From Jimgerdemannia flammicorona (taxonomy: Eukaryota), in assembly GCA_003990765.1 (NCBI GenBank), contig RBNJ01000309.1:1-33456 (forward strand): DNA of 33,456 nucleotides, written 5' to 3'. Positions 22,701 through 33,456 of this stretch are shown one piece after another. Each line of letters opens with the position of its first letter. Position 1 is the first letter of the stretch. A program made the translations under genes and the position numbers. The notes below the pieces were generated by a model. It worked only from the letters and a program-made list of their open reading frames with translations. It was not told where the DNA came from and searched no databases.

Positions 22701-23809
22701 ACTCGAAAGAATCATCTAAAAAGACAAATCAAGCCTCAGAAACAGAATGGCAAGGAAATGGCAACACCCCCACTACTACTGAGGATGAAAGTGAGGCCAA
22801 TTTCCTACAAGAACTAGGAAGTGATTTTGATGCCCCAAGGGACTAAGAAAGCGAACAAGAAGACTCTTTCATTGGAGTTATTGGTGTCAAAGGTCTGGAA
22901 GAAAGCACCGATAGAGCTATTAATGCAAGAGCAGCACTTGAGTTTGTAGGACCTTCTGCTCAACCACCACCACCACTGGTAGAAAATCGGATCATGCGAG
23001 CCTTTCGTCGAGGCATATGTGAACATTTTATCAGCTTCTACTCACCAAGAGATGATTGAAGCAATTGCCGAATCCTGGATCTCAAGAAGGTTCCAATGCC
23101 AGAAATTGATGACAAGGACGAATTGAAGCAAGCACCATCCTATAGCTGAATATAACCTCCAACCCCAAAGACCTTCAAAAAGACCTATAAGGAAGGACAG
23201 AAGATCCTTGCCCACCAAACATTTGAGTCTCTTACCATCGAAGGAGAAAGCAACAGCTCTTACACTATCACCCAGGCCCTCCAGATCACACAGCCCACCT
23301 ATGACAAGTATCGGAAGAGATTCCCTACCAGTAGGGAGGTCAAACAGCGAAATGGAGACTTTGTCAAGAAGGGATATTGTGATTGTGGAAAAACCTTTAC
23401 CTGCTACTGGTGTGAATATTGAGATGTTTACCTCAGCGAAGATGTCTACAAGAGGCGAGTCAAGAGAAAGGATCCCACCCTGCAAGAACCTCGAATTCGC
23501 TGGGCCTGTCAGAAGTACAAAGAAATCAACCATGAAGGAGATTGCCAGTTCAAGAGTAAGACCTCTATCTGGGACCTACTATTGGAAGTTCTTGCCATCA
23601 TTCGCTGGTACTGCCACCCTCATCAAGGAAAAGAAGGTATCAATCTTGCCTTTATCCTTATGGAAGCTCTGGACCCTCTAGGAAAGACTGGATTCAATTA
23701 CACAAGAAACTCAAAGACAGGAGCTCACTGGTCTTTCTTCAAACTGGAGCGCATAGACTTCTCACCTATAATGGCAACAGCTGAAGTGCCATTTCCCAAA
23801 GCTCAACCA

Positions 23810-24220
23810 ATTATCCAGGTCAAGCTGCTTTCACCCTGGGCACAGCCACCTCTTGCACAAACAGAAGGATCAGTTGGTTATGACCTCTGCCTCTCCTACT
23901 AAGCAAGAATCCGACCCAGAAGTACCAGGACTTTTGACCTACAGATTGCACTTGCTATACCATCTGGGAATTATGGACAATTGGCCTCAATATCCTCATT
24001 GACAACCAAAGGAGTCACAGTAGAAGGAGGAGTCATCGATCAGGACTACCGAGGTCCCTTGAAGGCCATTATCCACAATTCTAGTAGAACCAGCTGATTC
24101 TTCAGCCCTATGGAAGCCATCTGCCAAATCCTGTTTATCAAGACATCACAGCCAACCATCCAAGAGGTAGACCAACTAGAAGATACCACCAGAGGACAAG
24201 GAGGCTTTGGAAGTACCAAT
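23810..24220 (+). pseudogene. dut: dUTPase domain of C, between protease and RT
   Basis: GSVGYDL, GQLASISSL, GGVIDQDYRG, ICQIL, RGQGGFGST by manual translation in the PR frame. Confidence 0.92.
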
Positions 24221-24689
24221 AGAAATCTGTGAAAACTACCTATCGAGGTTCATTTAGCAACAGTTGCTCAATTCCAACAAATGAGACCCCACAACTGCCA
24301 CCCAATCCAAGCAAGAGAAGACATCCTCCTGCAGCCCTACCAGCAAAAAGGCCTAGATGTGCACCTACCAGTAGAAGCAAACAACTTGATATTTGCACCA
24401 TCACTGGAGCTTCAAAAGGAATATCACATCCTCCTGGCTGAAGAATGAATTCATGACCAGATGTCGCCGATCCACATCCCTATCAGAAACTCGAGCTTTG
24501 AAGTAATAACTATCTCCAAGGGAACAACACTGGGATATTTTGAACCACTGATAGACACCTATAAGGAAGAAGTCTTCGAATTCTTGGGAAATGGTAAGTC
24601 CTCTCCGGTGAGACTGACAGTACCAGGGAGGAAGACTCAGCAAATTCAGCAATCAAAGCCATCGACATCGAGACAACTCTAACCAAGGA

Positions 24690-27340
24690 CCAGCAACAAC
24701 AAATACAGGAGTTGATAGAGGAGTACAAAGATATATTTACCACCACATATGATAACTTCCCACCATATCAATATGGAGAACACCCTATATATAATGGAGA
24801 TGCGAGACCAATCCGACAACGACTCTATCGAACACCACATCATCTGATTGAATTCAAACAACAACACATAGATGAAATGCTATGAAATGGAGTCATTAGA
24901 CCATCATCAAGCCCCTGGACTTTACCAGCAATCATACATAGTACCAAAGAAAGGAGGATGGAGATTGGTCGTGAATTTCAGAAAACTCAACAAAGTCACT
25001 ACAGAGATGCCTACCCACTGCCAAGAATTGATGACCTCATCAATGCCCTCAGAAAAGCCAAATACATGACCACTACTGACCAGTTCCAAGGATTCCAAGT
25101 AATACCCATTACCAAGGAAGATATCTGCAAGACGGCCTTCATCACCAGACGAGGACAGTACGAATACCTACGAATGTCCTTTGGACTCTGCAATGCACCC
25201 GCCTCATTCCAACGAATGATGAACTATGTCTACCGGGACCTCATTGGAAGAAATGTACTGGTGTACATAGATGATGTAATCATCTACTCTGAGATATTCA
25301 AGCAGCATTTGCAAGACCTCCACAAAGTATTCAATACCATTTGAAATTCAGGACTCAGACTCAATGCCAAGAAGTGTTTCTTTGGAAAACATCAAGTCGA
25401 ATATCTGGGATATGTCGTCTGAGCTTAAGGAACACATGCCAACCCCCGCAAGGTGGAGAAAGTCAAGAACTACCCAACCCCGACCTCAGCAAAGGAGACC
25501 CTATCTTTCCTTATGCTAGCATCCTATTATTGATGATTCATCCCAAGGTTTTCAGATAAGGCAGCATCTCTCCGAGATATCTCCAAGAAGGACCAACCAC
25601 TCTACTGAAAGAAGAACAACAAAAGTCATTCGACTTACTCAAGAAGGCCCTTACTGAAGCCCCTGTCCTGGTGCAACCAGACTTTGGCAAACCATTCATC
25701 CTGGCAACTGATACCTCAGCCTTAGGACTTGGATCAATTCTGTCTCAGCAAGATGACCAGAAGAGGGAGCATGTTATTGAATATGCTAGCAAGGCCAAAA
25801 ATGAAACACAAGTGAACTATGGAGCTACTAAGTTAGAATGCCTAGCAGTATTTTGGGCTGTGGACCACTTCTGACACTATCTCTTGGGAAAGAGATTTGC
25901 TCTCATCACTGACCATCAAGCTCTACAATGGTTGTTCAACAAGCTGGAGCCCTCAGAAATCTTCGCTAGATGGATTATGTCTCTGCAAGAATATCAGTTC
26001 ACTATTGTCTACAAGAAAGGTGCTAAGAATTCCAATGTCGATACCCTGTCAAGAATCCTACGAAACCAATAAGAAGGGAAGGAGCCCCCACAAGAGAAGG
26101 CTGCTTCCCGCTCACCCAAATGAACCAAGAATTGCACCTCACCCTCACCTGGAGTCTGTACCATAGAAGCTTCAAGAAAGGAATCCAACCAGCTCACAAG
26201 TTGTTTATCAAAAGGAATTTCAAGAAATTCCAAGAAGGCAATGGCGAACTTTGGAGAGTAGAAGGAGAGCAGTACACCTGAGTTCCAAGAGAAGAAGAAA
26301 TATTGAAGATCCTGATAACAAATCATGACCAAAATGCATACCGAGGAATTGGCACCACAATCGCAAGAATCAAGAAGCAATACTGGTGGCCCAAGATGAG
26401 AAAACAAATTTCAATGCACATTCAACAATGTGATACCTGCCAAAGATACTGACAAAAGCCTACCGACAGAGCACCAATATTACTGATCGCAGCACCAGCT
26501 GGATCCTTCCAAAGACTGGGAATAGACATTATTGGACCTCTACCAGTAACCAGCCGAGGAAGATGCTACATCCTCACTATCGAAGACTACCTGACAAAAT
26601 GACCTGAAGCCTTTGCCATTGAGACTGCCGATGCCCAGACAATTATTGGGATCCTGTATGATGAAATTTTCAGCCATCATGGTGTGCCCAAGGAAATCAT
26701 TACAGACCAAGGCCGAGAATTCGTCAACCAAGCCATGAAGACCTTTGTGAGCAACTTCAAGATCAAGCTACGACCAATAATGGCCTACCACCCACAGGCG
26801 AATGGACTTACTGAACAAATGAACCAGACCATCAAGCGAGGTCTCAGTAGAACCAGAGATCAACTAAACTGAGATATCTATCTACTGGCAATTCTGTTCA
26901 GCATCCGTACCTCTAAGGCAACTGCTACCCAACAGACCCCCTTCTATTTGGTATATGGCCGAGAAGCACATGATCCTACTGAGCCAGTCCAGCTAGATCT
27001 GTCGAAATGAGTCACAGAAGAGATTACCTGGTTACACAATGTACACCAGCAGACACGAGGATTTATTGCCAAGGCACAAGAATGACAAAAGGGGCACTAT
27101 GACCACAAAGCCAACCTCGAACCCCTGCTCATTAGACAAGAGGTTCTGGTATACCGTACCATCATAGAAGGAAACTGGAGTGCCAAGCTTGAACCAAAAT
27201 GGGAAGGTCCCTATCTCATACACCAAGTATTCTCGAACCACACTTATCAACTCAAGACCTTGGATGGAGTTATACTGAAGACTAGGATACACTACAACCG
27301 CATAAGACTCTACTACTTAAGAGAAGCAAAATGCATTTGA
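24690..27340 (+). pseudogene. pol: Pol of C: RT, RNase H, integrase
   Basis: VPKKGGWRLVVNFRKLN, YPLPRIDD, YIDD (25264), TDTSALGLGSILSQ, TDHQAL, CDTC, ITDQGREF, YHPQANGLTE, KLEPKWEGPY. Stops and frameshifts; no chromodomain. Confidence 0.96.
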
Positions 27341-27655
27341 ACAATCCTGTTCACTCTGTCTGTATCATCTCTGTTGGAGATACAATGGATGTTTCACTCG
27401 GAACTCAAGAAAGCCAACAACGTTGGAACCAGACTCAAGCCCATCCATGTGACAGACATTGTTACTAAGAAATTGCCTCGGATTACAAGAAATACTATTT
27501 CTGATAGGTTCGAATCCCCAGCTGCGACTATGGGTGCCCTCGCCCTAGACAAGGATGGCCAGTCCTCACAAATGTACCAACATTCTGCTCATCCCTGGAG
27601 TTAAGACCACCTAACTCTGTGTAACCTTCACCGCCGAGGATGGCTCTAAATTTGC

Positions 27656-27665
27656 AAGGGGCAGA
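27656..27665 (+). other. Polypurine tract of C
   Basis: AAGGGGCAGA directly before the 3' LTR. Confidence 0.65.
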
Positions 27666-30122
27666 TGTGACGTCTACAATTGACCCTGTCCAAATTCGGA
27701 GTACCCTGTGACCACAAGATCAGACAACATTATGGTGTGATAACTGGTGACCAGCCCAATCTGTCAAGTGATTTTACCAAAAGAAGACAAGATGACCTAA
27801 GCCAAAATGAAGACCACATTATTTAAGGAACCATACTCCGCCTCAGGGATCAGTACCAAAGAACCAAGTACCCACCACACAATGCCTCTCATTCGCCGAT
27901 CCAACCAGACCTCCCGCTGCTCTACCCCTTTGCCTGGCCCAAAGACCCTGATCTTTGAAGCTATCAAGAAGGCCATCTGGTGCCCAGACACTTCCGAACA
28001 CTTGAACTTCTACACTGAGGACCTTGGACACTTCATCAACTACTGGTATATAATGACCCAATAGCTCAAAGACACTACTGAATGAATGACCCTCTGGCAT
28101 GACTATGAAATCGGACACTGCCTTCATAATGAGACTCAAGAAGGTGAGCAGGAAGACCTCATTGCCGAAATGTTAACCACCAGCCAGCTAATCAAGAGAG
28201 CCCTCCATGTCTACCAAATCTTCTGCCATATTCCCTGGGCTATAGCATACTTGCAAGGAGTAACAGCTGGTAGCCTCTCCAGCCTGTCAACTGAAGATGC
28301 TGGCTGGATAGAATCCGAAGTAGCCAACTCTATTGGCAGCAACCGCGTTGCCGTAGGAAGCCAACAAACCGAACCTACTCAGCCAGGTTTTCACACCACT
28401 CCACTCCGAGACAACCATCAAGGTCACCTAATGAGTCTTATGGAGATATTTGAAGGACCACCCATTACCATAGAAGTACCCATTGGAGCTACCCCAACCA
28501 CCCACCATCCTGTCAGCTACAATTCACATCTCATCATTTGGGAACTGAATCAAGAAGAAGCCCAAGAAGTCCCTGTCTTTGAAGAGGAAGCCCAAGAACT
28601 CCAAGACCCTGCCCCTGAAGAAACCCCCTCTGATACTGAAACTGACAAGTCATTAGAAGAAGGAGAGGAGCAACAGAGAGTCTACCAGTCCTCTGTCTGC
28701 ATTCAAGCTGTTCAAGGGTTGGAGAATGTTGTTGAAGATGACTGGCTACTTTTCTACCCCCTCACCTCTTGGCCAGTACTCCCCCCCTTTGAGGAGAAAT
28801 ATGATGAAGAAGAAATTGCAACCCAGCAAGATTTGCCCACTGCAGGGTACTATTCCCTCTAGAGTACCAACTATCAGCTGTGAGAATCAAGCTTTTAGTC
28901 AGCAAGTCCATTTTCAGCGTTGCCACCCTCCACAACCGTTTCTAGCAACAATCATCGTATCATATCAGCTCATCCATTTCCAGCGTTGCTACTCAGTATG
29001 ACTGTTTTCAGCATTTTTGTCAGCAAGTCCGTTTTCAGCATTGCCACCCTTCACAACTGTTTCTGGCAACAATCATCATATCATTTCAGCTCATCCGAAT
29101 CCAGCATTGCTATCCTGCACAACCATATCTAGCATTGCTATCTCCTACAACCTAATCCATAGTAAACAATAGTCTGCACCTCGCATCATGCAAGCCAATA
29201 GTATAGCAAATGTTCACCACAACATAGTATACCTTAGCCGCACTCATAGCTAGCAAACTTGTATAAATAACCCATATTCTTAGAGTGAATAAACCTCAGT
29301 CAGTTAAAGTTTGAAGTAAAAAGAGTTACAGAGAAACCCCTTACTGCCTTCAAGAGACCGGATAATTCTAAGAACAAGATAACTAGAGCAACGATCGCTC
29401 GAGGTTTGAGTTAAAGAATTTTCTCTTGCCATGGAAAGAAAACATTACCCGACTGCCGCCCGAATTTCAAGTTTTGCCACCATGAAAAGGATTCAAGACT
29501 ACGGACTGCCCACAAGTCAACTGGTTTTGAGAAAAGAAACCACTGCCTCCAAGAGACTGGAAAATTCTGAGAACAAGATAACAACCTAGAGCAACAGATC
29601 GCTCAGAAGTTTGAGTTAACGAATTTCTCTTGCCACGGAAAGAAAACGTTACCTGACCGCTGCCATTCGAGCCCCGGAAACCCAAGGATTCAAGACCATG
29701 ACCGCTGCACATTCGACCACCATTCGAGATTTGAGACCCGGAAACCCAAAGATACCCAGCCAAAGGATACTAGACCGTCTGCCAGAACCCTTTCAAGTTA
29801 ATAAGTCAAGACAGACAAGCGAGCCATCGACCTCTGTTTTCTTTACCTATTGTGCCATGAACTGCTTAAAGTCAAGACCATTGCCGAGTTTGCTGCCAAG
29901 TTAATTGCCACCAGGAACGCCCTTATCCACTAAACAATTGAGCCACCATCGTTGAACAATCGAAGTCCTGCTATTATCAATTACCACATGAATTGAACGT
30001 ACTGATCACGTGACCATCGACCCACAAACATCACCAAAGCCTTCAGTTATACATCACGTGCTTCTCCAAGTGGCACATTGAGCCATGCTAGAAGCAACAA
30101 GAGATACATAACCAATGCCACA
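27666..30122 (+). repeat. 3' LTR of element C
   Basis: Direct repeat of 17328-19784. Confidence 0.96.
27807..28862 (+). pseudogene. LTR(U3)-encoded accessory ORF of C, 3' copy
   Basis: ORFs 27807-28064 and 28086-28862 are in frame; its TAG and TGA stops are CAG and CGA in the 5' LTR. Confidence 0.85.
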
Positions 30123-30564
30123 ATAATTAAGGCCCATAGACTTGAGTAGTGAGATATTGGGGGTCTCCTCTCACCTCACATATAAGTCCTTTATTATCTT
30201 GACTGGGAGTACCAGGCCCTACTCACTATGATGTACTTTGATGAGGGTTTTTTCTTTGTCTATCATTTTCTTTAGAGTGGTAGAGACTATGCTATTTAAC
30301 TCAGACTTGGCCTTATATATATTGGGGTCTTGGATATGTGCTTATGGTCATTGGCATGTGGCTGGGTTCTCCCTGATAGCATAGTATACAAAATGAGGTA
30401 TAGGCCAATATAGGTCCTGCTATATCTAGTATAGTTGAGCTACTAAACAATAGCTAGCCTAGGTTAATTGGGGGACAGTGCTTGATGGGTAGCAGGAGAG
30501 GGTTTTGGCCTATATAGTCTAGGTTCTCTTCCAATAGAAATCCATAGAACATTAAGTCTATTAA

Positions 30565-30615
<51 letters not shown>
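30123..30615 (+). repeat. Retroposon X, copy X1, 3' part with 50-nt poly(A)
   Basis: Homologous to ~16553-17002; pure A run at 30566-30615. Confidence 0.87.
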
Positions 30616-30617
<2 letters not shown>

Positions 30618-31076
30618 ATCGGTAATTTTTTTTTAAAAAACTATTATGATTTTAAAAGTTATAAACATTTAAAATCTTGCCTCTAAATATAGGTACAAAA
30701 CAGTCAAAGAGATATATATTTATCTTAAAAGTATAATAATATATAATTACTATCTATTTTAAAATTTATATTTTTAATTATATTAATTTTAATAAATCAA
30801 ATATATTTATATATATATATAAGATACAAGGTATTTATATATTTAAAATTTATTATTTTAATTATAAAAGTGTAAAAATAAAATAAAATTAATATTATAT
30901 TATTACATATAAATATATATTTATAATTACTTAGACTTTATTATTTATTATTAACTAATCTATATTTATATAACATATAAACTCCACTCTTTACTCAATC
31001 TCTTTTGAGAGTCTACCTCTTACCTTTTTATAATTGAAGATTACTAAACTATTAACTATTCTAACTCTTTTACTAC
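30616..31076. other. Very AT-rich low-complexity spacer
   Basis: Mostly A/T with TA runs; no ORF. Confidence 0.7.
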
Positions 31077-32249
31077 TTTTTTTTTTTTATTTTTATTTTA
31101 TAGACTTAGAGTTCTGTAAATTTTTATTGAAAGGAAACCTAGATTATATAGGCCAAAAATCTCTCCCACCACCCATCAAGCACTACCTCTCCATTAATCT
31201 AGGCTAGCTATTGTCTAGTAGCTCAACTATATCAGATACAGTAGAATCTATTTGGTCTATACCTTATTCTGTATACTATACTCTCTCTATCAATAGAGAG
31301 AACTCAGCTATATACCAATGACTGAAAGTACATATGTACAAAACTATGCTCAAGCTGAATAAAATAGCCCCTACCACTCCAAAGAGAATAACAAGTAAAG
31401 AAAAAATACTTGTCAAAGTATATTACAGTGGGTAGGGTTTAGTTCTTCCAGATGAGATAAGTAGAAGACTTAAATAAAAGATGAGAGAAGACTCCCAATA
31501 TCCCACTACTCAAGCTTGCAGGCCTCGATCACATTACTGTATCAGCTCCCAGTTCTAGTTAAGTATAGCCAAGATGCCTGAAATGAGTAGTCTCAGATCC
31601 TCTAATCCCTCTTAATAACTGGAACCCAATTTTATGAATTGTCAAAAGAAGTCAAAAGTAATATCTACTATCTAACTACTCTGTACCAATCAAAAGGCCC
31701 CACTGAAGTAGCACTAGCTCCAGCCCTAATAACTACCTCTAGCCTAGTACCCTACTGATTCACTATAATTATTCTTCCTCCTATCTTTAACAGCCATCTC
31801 TACTCCCAACTCAATAATACCTAAATAACAGTTATCTATACTAGAACTATACTTACTGGAAAGCTCACTAAAGTCAGAGGGCCCTACCCCAGATACTGAG
31901 GACCTACAGATAACTGACACTGGGTACTTGATGTCCAAGGTCAGCTAACTTTCTATATAACCTATGAAATACTGAAATTATACCCTATTGATAATAGCAA
32001 AAAGAAGAAGATACTACACCAAAATAAGTATACTCCAGATGTAGCTAAAGGTATCAGAATCTATAAAAAAGTTGAGAAGATACTGATCCAATACTAATAA
32101 AGAGGCAACTTATCACTATTGCCCTCCTCTCACTATATCTATATAGATATAGCAAACTAACCTAAGATAAAGAGAGTAATAATAAGAAAAAAGAGACTCA
32201 GAAGGTTGTTTACCAAATCTTATAACTGATAAGATAGTAGAGAAAGGAG
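31077..32249 (-). mobile_element. Retroposon X, copy X3 (minus strand)
   Basis: T-tail at 31077-31099; the reverse complement is colinear with X2 from 5' end to tail. Confidence 0.85.
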
Positions 32250-32259
32250 TAAATGTTCT

Positions 32260-33456
32260 CACAGCTCCTTTCTCCACTATCTTACTAGTTACAAGATTTG
32301 GTAGGTAACCTTCCAAGTCCCCTTTCCCCTATTATTACCCCCTCTACCTTGGGTTGATTTGCTGTACCTGTATGAGTATGGTGGGAGGAGGGCAATGGTG
32401 ATAAGTTGCCTCTTTATTAGTATCAGATCAGTATCTTCTTTACTTTTTTGTAATTTCTGGTATCTTCAGCTATATCTGGAGTACACCCATTTTGGTGCAG
32501 CACCTTCTTCATTTTGCCATCATCAATATGATACAGTCTCAGTATATCATGGATTACATAGGGAGTCAGCTGACCTTGGGCATCAAATGCTCAGTATAGG
32601 TTACCTACAGGTCCTCGGTGCCTATGATGGAGCCCTCTGGCTTTGGCGAGCTTCCTGGCAAGCACAGTTCTGGTGTAGGTGACTGTTTTTCAGGTGTTGT
32701 GAGGATGAGAGGAGAGATGGCCATCACAGATAGCAGGATGGGTGATAACAGTGTACTAGTGAGGTGCCAGGCTGGGGGCAGTCATCGGGGCTGGAGTGGA
32801 CAATATTTCAGTTGGGCCTTTTGATTAGCTGATGGGGAGTGGGGTGGTACAGGGGCCAATGTCCTGGCTATGTCCAACTGGAACTGGAAGCTGACACAGC
32901 AATGTGATCGAGGTCCACAGGCTTGGAGAGTGGGGCCTTCCTTATTTGGTAGTACCTGACTGGAACTGGGAGCTAAAATAGCAATTTAATCAAGGCCCGC
33001 AGGCTTGGAGAGTGGGAGTGGGGTCTTTTCAGACCCTAGCCCATATGTAAGTTCTTTGAGAAAGGTGCTACATATAAGTCCTTTACTCACCTACTTTGAA
33101 TCTACTCTTCTCTCTGTTGATTAGTTAGAGGGTTTTTCTTTGCCTCGAGCTTTCTTTTGGAGTTCGGGGGGCTATTCTTTATTCAGTCCCAGTGCTACTA
33201 GATCTGATATGCAGGTGTGCTCTTGCATATAAATGATGATTTAGTCCTGGTGAGCAGACAAGTCTAGTATATGTCATAGAGGTCGATATAGCTGGTGTTT
33301 GACAGACATAGCTAGAGTGGTGGGACTGCTGTACAATTTAATAGTCTAGGTTAATGGAGGGATATTATTCGATAGGTGGTGGGGGAGGGTTTTGGTCTAT
33401 ATAGTCTAGGTTTCCTTCTAATAAAAATCTGCGGGACTATGAGTTCATTAAAAAAA
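32260..33456 (+). mobile_element. Retroposon X, copy X4 (variant subfamily)
   Basis: Same 5' start (CTCCTTTCTCCACTATCTT), AATAAA at 33420, A-tail from 33450 to the window edge; 3' half diverged. Confidence 0.85.

Larger units (their letters stand above)
17328..30122 (+). mobile_element. Full-length Ty3/Gypsy LTR retrotransposon C (no chromodomain; inactivated)
   Basis: Two 2457-bp LTRs (TGTGA...CCACA), apparent 4-bp TSD ATAA (17324-17327, 30123-30126), PBS, PPT, order PR-RT-RH-INT. The host X sequence resumes after 30122. Confidence 0.97.

Noticed and set aside
23208..23681. 157-aa plus-strand ORF as a separate gene
   Set aside because: It overlaps the continuous polyprotein frame in a different frame, has no ATG start and is low complexity.
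27341..27604. In-frame extension after the integrase of C (chromodomain or extra ORF)
   Set aside because: No chromodomain motif or other recognisable domain. It could be a tail after a CGA>TGA change, but one copy cannot support this.
30616..31076. AT-rich tract as an origin or centromere element
   Set aside because: Composition alone gives no specific support.

Overview
Eukaryotic repeat DNA, most likely fungal; an early-diverging fungus such as Glomeromycotina/Mucoromycota is my inference, not proven. I see no host genes. The window is a nest of transposons degraded mainly by C>T/G>A changes. (1) An old Ty3/Gypsy remnant 'D' (LTR ~59-1742, gag to 2466). (2) A truncated copy 'A' of family B (LTR 2467-4495). 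(3) A 658-bp foldback/MITE (4681-5338). (4) A complete chromovirus-type Gypsy 'B' (5493-15849; 2063-bp LTRs; TSD GTCTC; gag-dUTPase-PR-RT-RH-INT-chromodomain). (5) A complete Gypsy 'C' with no chromodomain (17328-30122; 2457-bp LTRs; tRNA-Pro PBS; gag-PR-unknown domain-dUTPase-RT-RH-INT). (6) Four copies of a ~1.2-kb non-coding poly(A)-tailed retroposon 'X', which host B and C. The main finding is that all three Gypsy families, whose LTRs are unrelated at DNA level, carry a homologous ~260-365-aa accessory ORF in the U3 part of their LTRs. It has a conserved helical N-terminal domain (IFxxIxxAI ... Y[EQ]IGxxL ... AxxxH[QE][IL]F...IxxL) and an acidic tail, followed by repeats or enhancer-like motifs and a TATA box.
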